Below, piece after piece: positions 1-24,300 of a stretch of 64,000 bases of DNA. Origin of the DNA: Auanema rhodensis (taxonomy: Eukaryota; Animalia; Nematoda); NCBI GenBank assembly GCA_964057225.1, contig OZ059895.1, positions 8,246,001 through 8,310,000 on the forward strand, given 5' to 3'. The first letter of the stretch is position 1. Each line of letters opens with the position of its first letter. Made by a program: the position numbers and the translations under genes. The notes beneath the pieces are model-generated. The model was not told the origin of the DNA, did no database searches, and worked only from the letters and a program-made list of their open reading frames with translations.

Positions 1-241
1 TGAAAATAAATACGTAACAAAACTAATCTTGGTGTTCCCATCTAATTCTCTGAAATGATATAGATGTGCCAACTATTATACACGAATGATTAAGCTTAAA
101 TGGTACCACATATGAAAATATATGTGATAATTCGGTTATTTATTTCTTTTCCTATTTTATCAAATTTGCTTAAAAATACATTTGTTAAACTATTTTTCTT
201 AATTTTATTTGTTTTCTAATTCAGAAGAACATTAAAAAGCA

Positions 242-1659
242 ATGACAGAACCATTCAAAGGAGTGACGTTGTGCAATCAATTTATTGCTGATATGTTAAG
301 GAGGTAACTTTTCTTTTCTTTATTTTGTTAATCGCAAGTAACTTGAAGGAAAGTAAGACGGTCATCGTTGGAAACTGCTCTTGAAACTCTTAAGTTAATT
401 AGAAAAATAGTTGTTCAAGGAAAATTCAATACTATTGAGTAAGACATTTATTCAATGATTTGTTACTATATGCACTATCAAGGGAATTGTTAGATACCAT
501 AACTGAACACGGCAGCCTCTTATGGGAATCTTTTCCTTCAGAATTGGTTATCAAGAACGCAGTTTTAATCTTCAGAAAACTTGTTAGAGACGAATGTAAA
601 CGAATTCACAGCGGTATTTACAATTATTGTTAGATTCAAACTTATTTAGTTTAGATGCCGATGAGGATTTATCGGGAAATGATTCTTTAACAAATCTCTG
701 GCATGATAACAAACGAAATACTTCCCATCCTTCAGATATAAAGAAAATAAAAAAAAATCTCATTGAAGCCATTAAAGAAGTATTTTTTTTTTAATAAATT
801 CAATTCATTTCTTTTTTTTAGGTGGTAAACGAAATGGAAGCTTGTAGAGAGTTTATCGTATCTCGAGCCGGTGATTTGTTTAATACCAGAGAAGTAATTA
901 TTATTTATGCTTTGAATAGTTCGCCTACACTTCAAGCTTTTGTTGAGAGTAAGAAGAAATCTAAGCTTCGGGTAAGTGTGTTAGAAATGTCCAAATAAAT
1001 TTTTTTTTCAGATTCTCTCTGTTGTTGATAGTACCGGTATCGACTCTTCTCCAGATTATTTGACCCCTGTTATGCTTTGTGATGTAGCAGGAGCTATTTG
1101 CGAGGCCACTAAGGTTTTACACCTTTTATCAATAAAATTAAATAATTTGATTTCAGGTTTTCTTACCAGGTGTTGCTGTATTTCCAGATGGTTCATGTCT
1201 TGCTCCCGCTGGATCTTTATCCATTTGTCTCTCAGCTCAACGGCATTCAGTTCCTGTTAACATATTGATAGCATTCTACAAAGTAGTTGAAGTGTATTAT
1301 TTATTTTTTCATATTATTATATAGATTACGCCGTTTTTCGTGCCTGATCTTACTGAAGTTAATCCTATGCTTGCTCCGGGTCTACCTTATTCTTGTGCCA
1401 AAAAGTTTGCAGGTTTGATTATGAAACTTCCTTTATGCATTTTCTTCGGTAAAACATTTTTAGGAAAAGTTCAAGTATTGCAACCTGCATTTGATGTAAT
1501 TCCCGCTTCCCTCGTTTCCATATATGTTACAAATTCTGCCTCAATCCCACCTTCACATGTGTATAGGTGAATACAGCCTTTTTTCTTTTACAATTTTTTA
1601 TTTTTGTTGTATTTAGGCTCATTGGTGATTATTATCATATGGATTCGAGTTTAATTTAA
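242..1659 (+). CDS. EIF2B2: Translation initiation factor eIF2B beta subunit (multi-exon)
   Basis: Spliced translation MTEPFKGVTLCNQFIADMLR...SSLETALETLKLIRKIV...FPSELVIKNAVLIFRKLVRDE...KVFLPGVAVFPDGSCLAPAGSLSICLSAQRHSVPVNILIAFYKITP...LQPAFDVIPASLVSIYVTNSASIPPSHVYRLIGDYYHMDSSLI*. The PxFDxxPxxLxxxxxTN...PSxVYRLxxDYY C-terminus is typical of eIF2B beta. TTCAG acceptor at 220-224 just upstream of the ATG (likely trans-splice site). Confidence 0.9.
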
Positions 1660-2837
1660 AGATGGGGGAAGAAATAGCTTCCAAAAAAAGAGAAACCTCA
1701 ATATATTTTAATTTTCTTTGTTCTGAAATAAGCTCGGTATAAAATTTCATGAGCTTCTAAATGAATTTTTTTCTCCGTAAATTTCTCAATAGTTCTTATG
1801 AATTATCATTAATTGTTTTCTTATATTACAACAATGACCAACATTATTTTGGTAAAATATTGTAAGAAGACAAGTTCGGTAGAACGGCTAGAATTTCAGC
1901 GAATTTAGTCTCCGACTGTCCAACCATACCTATTAATCATTTAATGAAATAATTTTATCTGGTAAAATAATAAAAACCAAAAACAATAGAAATATTACTC
2001 CACAGATATCAAAGATCAACTAAAAATGCTATAGTTTTGGCTTCGTCTCGCTTTTAACATCAACAACACAAGTGGAACATCCTATTTCAATATATGAATA
2101 GTATTCTTTCAAATTTATGGAAAAACTTATGAATGTGCTATGAAAGGCATGATATATATAGTTAACAAGAACATATACATGTGCTTATATTTTAAATAAA
2201 CAATATGTAAAATGTGTAGCTTAACCCATTAAAGTTTTTACCTTATTTCGATATACCATATTGACTTGAAACGAGAAGAAAATAGACAAATAGTGGTTAA
2301 GCTTTGCATAAAAAACATCCCAATATAGTGGTCAACAAGTAAAAATGTGGACAATGAATAGCAAAGCTTGTGAAGGGAGGCGGAGAATGGTTAGGGACGC
2401 ATAGTAGTCCCAGTTCGATATGACTAAACAACATCAATATCTCACCTCATTTCTTGAGTTTTTCTTATGTGAATTTAATTAAATTGTTTTATTGAATAAA
2501 AATGACAAACCTCTGTTATTCTTCATTTTTTTCTAAATAATTACCACATTGATACGTGTGGTCTTCATTTCAAAAATGATGATTAAGTTTATACTGTTTT
2601 ATGCGTCTAATGTATTTATATAGATAGAAGTTACAAATATCATAAATTAATGTCAAACTTTGAATAATATATTAATTTGCCTGAAATATACCTTACTATT
2701 TGATTAGAATCGTAATTTTTGATGTTATATATCAGAGGAATGAATACTTTTAATTCTTATTCTTTATTATCAATTTATTAAATATCGCTAACTTTCTTTA
2801 TAATGAATATTCTTAGAAAATCTCAATATACAAGAAA

Positions 2838-3982
2838 ATGGAAAATCGTAATTTAGTCCACCTGAGACGACAAGTATACATTTTTTTTTTCGAATACTGA
2901 TTAATAATTGGAATGTATTTTAGGTTTTGATTGGTGAGTTACCAGAAGATTTTCTGAGAATCCCCAAAAATAATGCTGATGAACCACGTGATTCGGTTAG
3001 TTCATATCATATAAGCTTAAACTTTAAAGTTTAACTAGCTGTTTTCTTCAGGGTATATCACATGCATACGCATTAGCTCCTCCAAATACTCAAGGACGAC
3101 TAACTGTAACTATTTTGGAAGCAAATCTTGTCAAGAATTATGGTTTAGTTCGCATGGATCCTTACTGCAAGTATGTCTAATTGAAAATGCTCAATTAATT
3201 TATTTTTGATTATATAGGTTACGTGTTGGACATTACATATTCGAAACGCAGACACACATCAGTGGAGCCAGGAATCCAGCTTGGAACAGAACAATTCATT
3301 CTTATCTTCCAACTGGCGTTGAAAGTGTATATATTCAGATATTCGATGAGGTTTATTTGCTGGCTAGTTTGTATTTCAACCTTTAATAAAATGCTTCAGA
3401 AAGCTTTCACAGCGGATGAATGCGTTGCATGGTCTCACATAATACTTCCACCTAACATCTTCGTTGGTGAGACTATTGATGATTATTATCAATTGAGTGG
3501 CCAACAGGTTCACACATTCATAATATATCTAATTTATATTTATTAAATTAATAGGGTGATGGGCAAGAAGGAATGATTCATTTGGTGTTCAGCTTCACGC
3601 CTATTGAGCGCCCACCCAATGAGCAACAACCTGGGCAAGCAAATGTATCAACTCCAGAATCGGTACCAACAGCATCTGCTGCTGCACCTGTAGCTGCTCC
3701 TGTACCTCCAATGGGTATGTATCAAAGGAATCATTATACATATATTTCATTTTACAGAAGTTGTCTCTGGTATAACTGATGCTGATGTTCAAGAACTTAG
3801 TGAAATGTTTCCCAATATGGAGAAAGAAGTTGTTCGGTGTGTACTTGAAGAGCACAGAGGTGAGTCAATGGGTTTAAAAGAGAATAAATATAAAATTAAT
3901 AAATATTCTATCAAATATTATTTGTTTAGGTGCCAAAGATGCTGCTGTTACTTCCTTATTGAGCATGGGAAACAGCGCTTAA
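2838..3982 (+). CDS. tli-1: Toll-interacting protein (Tollip): N-terminal TBD-like motif, C2 domain, C-terminal CUE domain (multi-exon)
   Basis: Exons translate to [13 protein letters not shown]; [38 protein letters not shown]...NPAWNRTI...[19 protein letters not shown] (C2); and [38 protein letters not shown] (CUE, with MFP and LL motifs). Confidence 0.95.
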
Positions 3983-5084
3983 TGCCATAGTAGTTCTTAT
4001 AAAATAAGACTTACCATCCTCGTTACCCCGAATCGAACTCTTTTTCTTTTCTTTGTACATTCTGTAAATTTAGTCTTTAACTCTGTGTTTAATTTTATAA
4101 ATTCTAGTCTACGTGGTTGTGGATAAACAATAAATCATTCCTCTATAATTGTTTTATTCTTAAAGTATTCATATATAATATAAAAAAGTCAAAATTATCG
4201 TTTCAAAGAAATAAGTGTTAGAATTTATAAATTAAAATTTTTTCGTATATATAATCTGTTGTTTCAGTTTTTATCACGTTTAGAAAAGCACCCCTAAGGA
4301 ATACGACACTCATGCTGATAAGATGATGAACAACTTGTTCTTTGTGTTAAATTCTGTTAAGTATATAGCTTAGAAGTTATATAAGTATTATTATAATATA
4401 AATAATTTTATATTTATAGCAATATCCCTCAGTTTAAAAGTATGTAAATGATTTTACGTCAGTGAATATATAACTATCGCCTATATTTTTAATAAAATAA
4501 TAAAATATTTGTATTCAATTTCATAATCATAATTAATAAAAAATATTATATGTACATATATGTTAGATATATAACTTAATTAACCTTTAAAGCAATATTA
4601 AAATAAAATAATTAAAAATATATGAACTTTTAAACAATAAATTTCAAAAAAAATACTATTTGTCTATAACATGAATTTATGTTTAAAGTTTTGAATTCAT
4701 GATGATTACTAAAGAAATTCTTTAAAAATTGTTTTATATAGAGTCTATATAGAATATATAATGGAAAAACAAAGGTTGTATTGCCCGTTGTTTGTCCATG
4801 ATAATTGATGGAATCATCAACAGGATCGACAATGAAATTAGGTGTCGTTATGAGCCGGAGCATGATTGGGATGGCCATCATCTCCATTAGCATCCTACTG
4901 TCTCCGAATCAAGCGAACTGTCTTCTCTAGCTCAAGTAATACATATTTTTCATTTGTTCACAGAGCATATTGACATGTTCTTTTTCTTTTCTTTTTTATT
5001 ATATATTTAAAAAGAAGATTTATATAATTTTAATTATATTTATAGAATAATTTTCATTATTTTTTGAAATATATAAACGAAATA

Positions 5085-5702
5085 ATGCTGGATATTCTTA
5101 TTTCAATCATATTATCATATTTTGGAACAGCCCTAGCTGATATAACACATTTGTCATCGGATTTAGCGATGCCAGTAAGATATATGAAATATTTCAATGA
5201 AATTATATAATTATATATATTTTCGAATGATTCTTCTATACATATGATGAGTAAATTGTGGTGTCCAACATTTATTGTTGGAACTGTATGTCCTGGTATG
5301 TTTTTTTTTCTTTTTAAATTAAAAAAAAGTTATTTATGAGTTATTAACTATATATATAGAAATTATTTTAGATCATACACTTCTTTCATATTATAAATGC
5401 TGTGGACGATTACATAAGCATTGCTGTTCTCATCTTCGATTATGGGTTTGTTCATCAGCAGCTCTTCATCATGCTACATGCACTTGCTACAGGTTCTCAT
5501 ATTGATCATCGGATTGCCAATTCTCTTTCTTATTCCTCCCATCATATATCTACTCAGGCGTATACTATGCAAGCAAAACTATTCCCGATCAGATATTCCT
5601 CCAGCCACATTGCCTCAATCAGGCACAACAACAGGCGGAGGTGTTGCTACTGCTGTTGTTGCACATGATTTACATGAAACAAGTAAAGACACGTCGCTTT
5701 AA
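5085..5702 (+). CDS. Small type I membrane protein: signal peptide, Cys-rich ectodomain, one TM helix, short tail (4 exons)
   Basis: MLDILISIILSYFGTALA (signal-like) ...KLWCPTFIVGTVCP|DHTLLSYYKCCGRLHKHCCSHLRLW|VLILIIGLPILFLIPPIIYLL RRILCK...DTSL*. Exons join in frame, but the first intron requires a TTTTCG acceptor at 5225 (see findings). Confidence 0.75.
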
Positions 5703-6110
5703 TAAATGTTTATTTATACAACTTTATGAAATTTTTTTTTGCATTTTATTGATAATTATGTTATTTAAAAAAAATAATCACAAAGAATTCAAACCATGAA
5801 CAGTTGTTTGAGTACGTGATGAGGAAAAAAATCAACAACAGGAAAGGTTTAAGGGTAGAAGAAGCTGAGAGAAGAGCATAGATGATGATTCTATATCAAA
5901 GTCTTTGTACTTCAAACTACAAAAACGCATAAAGAAGTGTGTGGAAGTGAAAAAAACCCGAAAAAAAGATGTGCTGGTAATGAAAAATGTAATACATCTT
6001 CAGACCAATGCAAAAAACGGATGATAATACATGATGATTGGTTGGTTAGAATCGAATAGATATAGAGCCATTCAGATATAGTATAAGATATTAAGAAACT
6101 ATAAAAAGAC

Positions 6111-6144
<34 letters not shown>

Positions 6145-6498
6145 GGAAAGAGAGATATAGCAAGAGAGGAAAAACTTAGAAAAAAAGTTATATAAGGAAA
6201 ACGTAATCTACTAACAGCAAGACAACAACAGATATTTCGTCTCCCTTATATAGTTAACGATGAGATTGCATTCAGAATTTAAAAAAAAGCTGAAAATGTT
6301 AGTTGATTTCAGATTTCTTGGCATCCAAAATGCAATGTAAAACGAATAAAAAATAATATAAAAGATGTGATGTGACAACTACGCAGAAAAATATAATCCA
6401 CATTATAAAAAAAAATAAATATAAAAATTATTTTTGGATATAGACGTTATAACATAGTTAAATTGTGGAAATAATATAAAAAGAAAGATGTAGTAACA

Positions 6499-16522
<10,024 letters not shown>

Positions 16523-19500
16523 CCTGTCAGCAGGTGGGGGGAGTCACAAGGATATCCTAAAACAACGTTGTAAGATATCTGATTGAGTAAAATAAACAGT
16601 TGTTACGAAAGAAAGCGGTAAGATCAATCAATTACCATATGCAGTAATGAATGGGGAAAATCGAAAAAAAAACTTCAAGTTGTATACGAGAAAGAGAAAC
16701 ATATTGGAGACAAAAAGGAGAAAGAAAATGCCATTTAGCTACATAACCAGGGTAGCCAGAAGATGACTCGTTGGAAATATATAACAAATGTAAAATAAAT
16801 TATAAATCAAATATACTTTAATAATATTACAAAATATGAATAAAGTATTGAATTGCTATATGAAAATGACGAAAAAAAAGATGAACACTTTGAAGCCAAG
16901 TAGCTGTAAGAGACACAGAGAGAGAGTGAGAGCAGTTCGTTCCAAGCAAGATGCACAGAACGAACGACAGAGCTACTCCGTCCATACTAGTAACAGCTAT
17001 GAGCAGAGAAAGTATGGTTGACAGAGACCAGTGTGCGAAGCAGAGAAACGAGAACGAAAACAAGCGGAAATGAGAAAAAAAGCCGTGAAGACGCAGAAAG
17101 GAAAGACATATATGTATGGATTAGCTTCACCATCTTCTCATTAACTAAAAAAACAGAAAATTTGTATTCCATATGCACGTATTGATAGAAAAAAACATAA
17201 GCTATGTGCTAGTATTATAATCAAATAATAGAAAAAAGCAAAGAAAAATGAGCAATCATCAGAAGAATGGTAAAGATTGCGAATAAACGACCGAAATGAC
17301 AAGAACCATGAGAGAATAGTGCAGACGCAGCGGTACCAAGAAGAAAAAAAGATAGATGAGTTACTATGCGAGCACGAGAAGGTGGAGCCAATAACGATTG
17401 TCGTCGGCGCAATGAACGAGCGGTAAACGATAAGCTAGATGTCAAACCTGTTAAGGCGCGTCACTCAAGATGAAGTCCTGATTAGCTAGATTGCTAGAGC
17501 AAAGAACTGTAATTACTGGAGATGAAGGCAGGAGTTCATACTATGGCGGTGCATAGCAGGAAAAAGCAAGACAGTGAGCCAAATTGATACGAGTAAGAGG
17601 AATAGTGGAGAAGGTCGTCCAGGCCACAAGGACTGACGTTCAAGAATATTAGCCAGTGGCATAGTTCAAGGCAAATGACCAATAGGAAGGACACAAAGTC
17701 AAAATGAGGAAAAATAAATTAAAATAAAGAAATGTGGTTATAAATTAATATAACATACAGGACAATAAATCATAATAATAGAAGAGAAATAGGAGACGTG
17801 TAATGTTGAAGAGAAGATGAGGGGACAATACTGGGACAATATCGAATTTTGCGGTTTCTAAAAAAAGTTTGGTTAGAAGCATAGCTGAAGATGAACATTC
17901 TAGTATAGGTTGAACAGCTGCAACCATATGAAATACTCAGTTGCCACAGCTGCAGAAGGAAAGAAACAAGAAAATCGAGAACAAGGATTCTTACTCATCC
18001 ATTACTCAACAGCATTCAAGGTTTTTTTTGAAATGTAAAATGACTAGAAAATTAGTAAGAAATATAAATGATAGACAGAACAAAAAAAAGCCTCTAAAGA
18101 TCATTCTAAAGTAGGTTATTTATAACAAGAGAGTTGTCTGATGTTATATGGCCAACTCCAACAATCTCTACTACCACACGGACAATAGAAAATCAATATA
18201 GCACACTCTTATACTTATAATGCATACCAAGATTGAATATAGTGAAGTTCACTAGAATGAAATAGTTAATAGTGATCAAATGACAGATATATATATTTAG
18301 CGAGATGAGCATGGAATGCCATTACTAAAAGGGTGCAGGTAGATTGGATTCGTTCTCTCACACACTACCCACGTAGTATCTCATCTCCACAAGCGCCCAT
18401 CACATAGGAAATGACAGTATGAGAGAAACGAGAGAGATAGAGAGAGTGAAATAGAATGAGAAGGAGGAGGAGCTAACCAACACATATCATCGTGCTGCTA
18501 CTAATGGATTGAATGATGAAGATTGCGACAAAACACAAAACCTATAACAGTCTATAGTTTCGTACTGAAAACCAGAGATGGACTAAAGCATAAGGAAAAC
18601 TTGAGAAACGATTTCATGATAGATATAAGATACAATGTGAGGTCAAGTAGAACTGAAGCAACGTATTACGAAAATAAAAAATCATGGAAATATCACTATT
18701 CATGCCAGTTGTGATTAATGAAACCTTGAGAAACTTTTTAAAAGCCGCTTGTCAGGTTGATCGAAAAAAAAGAAAACTAACCAGCAAAAATAAATTATAA
18801 CCAAACATTGAATGAGTCAAAATTTTAAAAAATGAAAATGAAAATGACATTGTTTACAGGACAGACGTGAACTTTACACGTTTTAGGCAAATTTGAAAAA
18901 TGAAGTAGTAGCTTATGAGTTGACTGAATTATCGATGAAACGCATACATAGACAAATAACTTTAGATCATCAACAATTGCCCATAGATTGATGTTAATAA
19001 AGAAGTCGAGTAGAGCATGACCATATTAACCAGATACACTACACACTCACATTGGAACGGTCAAAAGGTTCAGAGCTGACAGCGTCATGAATAACAAAGC
19101 ATTTTCGAATCTGAAGCTAGAACAGTGCGGTATAGACATTTCAGAAAGTATAGGCATGTGATCATCTCAAATAATCTTCGTTGAACAAGAAAAAAAAAGT
19201 TTTTTAGACAGGTATAATAGAATGGTCTAAATATGATTGAAGTCTATTATAGAGTACAAGCTTTAGGACACGAGGAGGGTAAAAAAACCGGAATAGTAAT
19301 ACGGAACATCATAATAATACAGATGTAGGACGCCTCACAGGAACGATTAAAAAGTTTGTACCGATGAAGAGAAATAGAGAAGGAGACAAGTAATGTAAAG
19401 TGTTAGTGAGGAATTGCGAAAGAAACCTAAAAGAGATAATAAGAAATAGTAAGGATCATGTGGCTAAGCAGAGTTCAAAAATGAATAGTATTGCTCATTA

Positions 19501-19662
19501 GGCGAGACAGATTATACCTAATGTACGAAAATATTAATAACAAAACTGTTGAAATGAATAAAACCTATGACCGCAGATAGGTCCAATAAGAGTTAGAGAT
19601 AGAAAAATGGCTTTTTGAGTGTGTATGTATGGACGTGTACGTGGTAGGTGTATGTATGGATG

Positions 19663-19746
19663 AGGGGTGGAGCCCGACGTCGACCCAGGAGGATACGTAT
19701 ACACACACATACACACATACGCATACATACATATCTTTATATAAAA
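19663..19746 (-). promoter_or_regulatory. Module A: TATA box followed by CCTGGGTC...CCACCCCT (putative core promoter upstream of let-607)
   Basis: + strand reads AGGGGTGG(19663)-11 nt-GACCCAGG(19682-19689)-47 nt-TTATATAAAA(19737-19746). Same words and same 47-nt spacer as module B. Confidence 0.45.
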
Positions 19747-21324
19747 GACCGAGAGAAAAAGAATAAAAGAAAGAAGATGAATCAATTATTGAAAAAAAAC
19801 CCAACAGACTAAACGTCGTGATTGAATCGAGGAAGAAAAGATCAGATAATAAATGCATGATCGCGAAGAAGTCTACGACGATTCAGTCTACTCAAAGGAT
19901 GGGACAATCACTACTTCAGCAACATTCCCAGCAAAAAAAACCATAAAGATGTGCGAACAGAAGATCGTTATACATGCATAGGAGCAGACAAAAACAACAA
20001 TTCAGCTCAAAAAATGCTGATGATGCTGTTTGCTTCCTGGTCAACAAGGAATCAAGCAGCAAAGAACAAGCAGGAGGACGAAATCGTTTCGAAACGCGAT
20101 TCTTGACTATGCTGATGGTGTTGTCAACGTATATGGTTGGACGCAGAAAATGCAAGTGAATGAGAGAGGAAAGCTTCGGAGGTTTGTTGGGCAAGAGACA
20201 TCAGATACCTGGTCGGCGCAGATAGTTGACCATATGATGCAAGAGTATGGGTCAGAAAAAATGAGAAAACGATCGACTAAGAGAACATATTGATGTGGAG
20301 AATAGATTGAAGTAGCTCTATGAACAGACAACGAAGAGCAAAAAGTTTGAAAGAAAAAGCACACGAATGAAGAAAGTGTTACGATCCTATACACGCGATG
20401 AAACAGTAAAAGTTAAGGGTCAAGCTTCGAACAAATATTCGAATACGAAGTGAGTGAGAAATAAAAGGAGGTCGAAAAGGAAAAGAAATCATCGAATAGA
20501 GGCAAAAACGAAGAGGAATTAAAGTGTAGTGGTGATGACTTTGACGAAAAACGGATATGAAAACCAAGAGGTGAGAAAAGAGGGCGAGAATAAGATGACA
20601 AGGGTGAAGAAAGCAGAGACTGCGAGAAACAGAATAACATAATGATTCCACTTATGTTCAACAAAAAATTCTCATCGGTAATTGACGAGGAATCGTTCGA
20701 TTAACTGTATATACATAGAGCCCTCAAACACATCTAATTCATCATTTTGCCAAACTATCTATGATTATATCTAGTAGGCTAATGTTACTTGGATTATTTT
20801 CATTTCTATCTCTACCAATCAACCATATCCGTTCAATCTGTTCTCATCTCTCAACATTAAAATTATAATAATATATATAATATATAATATAATATATTTG
20901 TTTTCAAAACAAAAGACACCTAAACTATGATTTTCTGCTCTGCTATGCGATAAACATATATCTATGCCAAGGTCATACGTGCTCATTTAGCTTACTTTAT
21001 ATACTATCTCAACAATACTTATGCCCTTGTGACTTCTTATAATGTTCTGAAATAAGAAGAGATATGGGCAGAGAGAAAAGGACAGAAAAGACGCACAGGT
21101 AGGCAGTATGAGGTTGAGAGGATTGTGCATCGACTGTGGCCGAGCAAACAAACTTAATCAAAAAAAAAAGGATAAATCCACATAAGAAGGCCAATACGTA
21201 TGAGACAGGAAATTAACAGAATACTTGAGCATGTATATATAGTAAGTTTGATTAGAATGTGTTATATTGGAGTATGCGCAGCGGGAAGGATGTGACGAGA
21301 TGAAATAATACAAAAATATTCTGG

Positions 21325-21325
<1 letters not shown>

Positions 21326-21378
<53 letters not shown>
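21326..21378. repeat. (GA)n microsatellite
   Basis: Near-perfect GA run. Confidence 0.95.
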
Positions 21379-21381
<3 letters not shown>

Positions 21382-24300
21382 AAGGAGAGTATTAAACAAG
21401 TAATGTGTTATTGGACCGGAAGGTTGGATATGCTGACGTAAGCTAAGAAACATAATGCAATCTGAAAGAAAAGAAAAAATATTTTGAAATATAGCTAGCG
21501 AACGTGAAACATTTTCTGGACAATGGTCGAATGAAAAAGACGACGACATAAGAAACAACGATGATGATGCAAAGTGTAATGCGTCAATTGATAGACAGCT
21601 CAATAAAACAAACAGCCTCAGCAAAAAAAAAATTAAAACAGAGAAAATAAAGTAGATTAGGAAGAATTGAGATGAAACGACGAAAACTAAAAGAGGAGGA
21701 GCTTAGATAATTTGAAAACAAAACAATAACAATTTATGGCTACTCAAAATACAGTTTTATGAAAGTTATCTGATTGTATATCAGATAATGACATAACAGT
21801 TTGCATTACGATAAATATATAATAATTGATTAGATATCCTTGTGTGGTAAGGTTAAATATCGCTATTTCGAATGAATTGAATACGTTTGACCGTTTATCT
21901 TGTTGAAACACATGGCTGGAGCGAAAGAAAAGAAGACAAGAAGAGAGCAATTAGATCATTTGAGGCGTATGGTGTTACCCTAGTTTGTACACACTTCTGG
22001 TGGTCAGAAGTAGTAAGTAATGATTACAGGAACAGATGCTTGTCTAGCAGATATTCTTATGATAATATTACAGAGATAGAAATAGTTCTGCTTACAATCT
22101 TATAAACAATTTATGAACGAGAAAACAGAACTCTAGAATGACAGAGAGATCAGGCAGGCATATGTTTATGAATTGGTTAGAAATTAGCCAATCATACAAT
22201 CATTTTAACGACTAACTATTGACGTTTTTGAGATGATTAAAGCGTTTTCTACACACGATTGCTCTGGAAAGTGCTTTGGTTATGTCGAGAAGAATACCAA
22301 ATGATGTCTTATCAGGAGCGAAGAGCAGCTAGCAACACATGAAACAGGACAACCTAAAGCGTTTAGCAATCATACTGCCCATCCATCTCCAGGTTTGACG
22401 TGTATCAACCGGAGTGAGTGAACATGGGAAATCGAAAACTGTTACATAGATAGAGATATAGCCAAATGATATAGATTGATAGAGAGTGAGAGAGAGAGCA
22501 CGAGGAGAAGGTAATGATAAAGGCTGGTAAAGAGAGAAGATAGATGGTGGGAGGGGTTGATGAAGTGATAACCATTACCAAAAGCCAATAATACTGAATT
22601 CTCCTCAAATTTTGTTATCATCCGCACCCGTATAAAGAATATTATGTAGGCTAGTAGAATTGGAGTATGATTACGAATAGTAAATCAAATAAATGAAGAA
22701 CAAAAGAAATTGATAGAAGGAAATGAGTTTGGCATGACAACAAACTATGTATTGAAGGATTGACTTGATAGCCATTTATAATATTGACGACATTTAGGAT
22801 CATCGATAAGGTCGTTCCCAAATTCATACTATCAAAACTATGCCGAATAGCAGGAGCATAGCACATAACGACAGGGATAGAGAGAGGTCATATTCAAGTA
22901 CATTGCCTGTTAACCACTATTGCTCGATGTCATTCATTCTGTATAGTAACATTTTTTTCTTCTTTCTATTAAATATGTATAATACGCCTCAGTTTTATCA
23001 GATTCAAGGTAATCATTAACAACATTGTCATTGAAAGCCGTATGTGACAATCACTGTACACCGAAGAATGTTCACGTTCACCTGTTTAGATGAAATAATT
23101 TGTATCGAAATTCGAAATAACTGCAAAGAGCTGAAAGGAAAAACCTATCAAAGCTACTGTTCACTCGATGAGCGGCAATATACGAAAGAAACGGCAAGAA
23201 AATCGGCACGACCGATTTGCTTGTCACATACAGGTGAATAGGATGGAAGCCTAAAGAAGGTGAAAGAAATTGAGAGAATGCAATTCGCGCTGTGGCTAGA
23301 CTTTCACCATCCCACACCATCAGAAGTTAGCGGGGGACAACGAAGAATCGAGAAGATTCGTAGACGAGGTCAACGAGTGGATTGTAAAAGAACATCTAGA
23401 ATCTGTTAAAAAAACAAAAATGCGAAGAAATTGTTCATAAGATTTCTTAACTAAAGCAGCATCAGTATCTTACATCTCTTATGCATTTTGGCAAGAGACA
23501 GACATATTTTAAAATTTTTCACAGAAAATCGAAACCAAAAAACGAGAAGGAAGAAAAGAAATGAGCAAACAAAGAAAGTCAAAGAAGGTCTTTGAACGTA
23601 ACGCATTGGAATTCAATGCTCTAGCCAGAGCAATATACTAACTCCGAGGGACACTCAATAAATGAGATATGTGACTGGTTCAAGTCTATTCCATAGTTTT
23701 GACTACCAAACTTTTTAGTCTAGAATTTTTATTTTTGTTCTGAACTGTTCTCCTCTATTTGAGAATGTGACTTATATAAAAATAGTGAATATAAGCGAAT
23801 CACCCAGATTAGACCGAAAAGCATTCAGCTAATTTTCTTTTGGACGCTGGAAAATATAAAAAAACCGAACGGGCGTAATAGATGATATGTAGATAAAATT
23901 CCTAAGGGAAAGATGAATGTTTTAACTAAATATGTTCAAACCTGACGAAGGAGAAAGACACAAAAGTTGTTTGATTCACAGATGTTTTTTTCTTTTTTGA
24001 CGTCGACATCACCAAATGTAGATGATTTACTGACCGCACAATCAGAAACAATTTTTCCCGAAAACTTCTCAACAATTCTATCGGAAGATGAATACAGACG
24101 TGCATTTATACTGATGAGAAAAGAATGAAGGATAAAGGGAAACGAAATAAATGATGCAAAAACGTTCCGTGTCATAGCTTGGGAAATAGCATGTGTTAAG
24201 ATAAAGCAAAAGAAGCTTCGCGATCAAATCGGAACTGACGATATAACGAAAAGAAATGAGCAGATTGTTATTCAATTTGAGAATTGGGCAAGTGCTTATT

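Noticed and set aside
1990-2450. Exon-like segments on the - strand between eIF2B beta and Tollip
   Set aside because: All frames hit stops and one required intron would be only 22 nt.
4630-4930. GC-richer patch with short ORFs on both strands between Tollip and the small membrane gene
   Set aside because: No consistent splice structure or recognisable protein motif.
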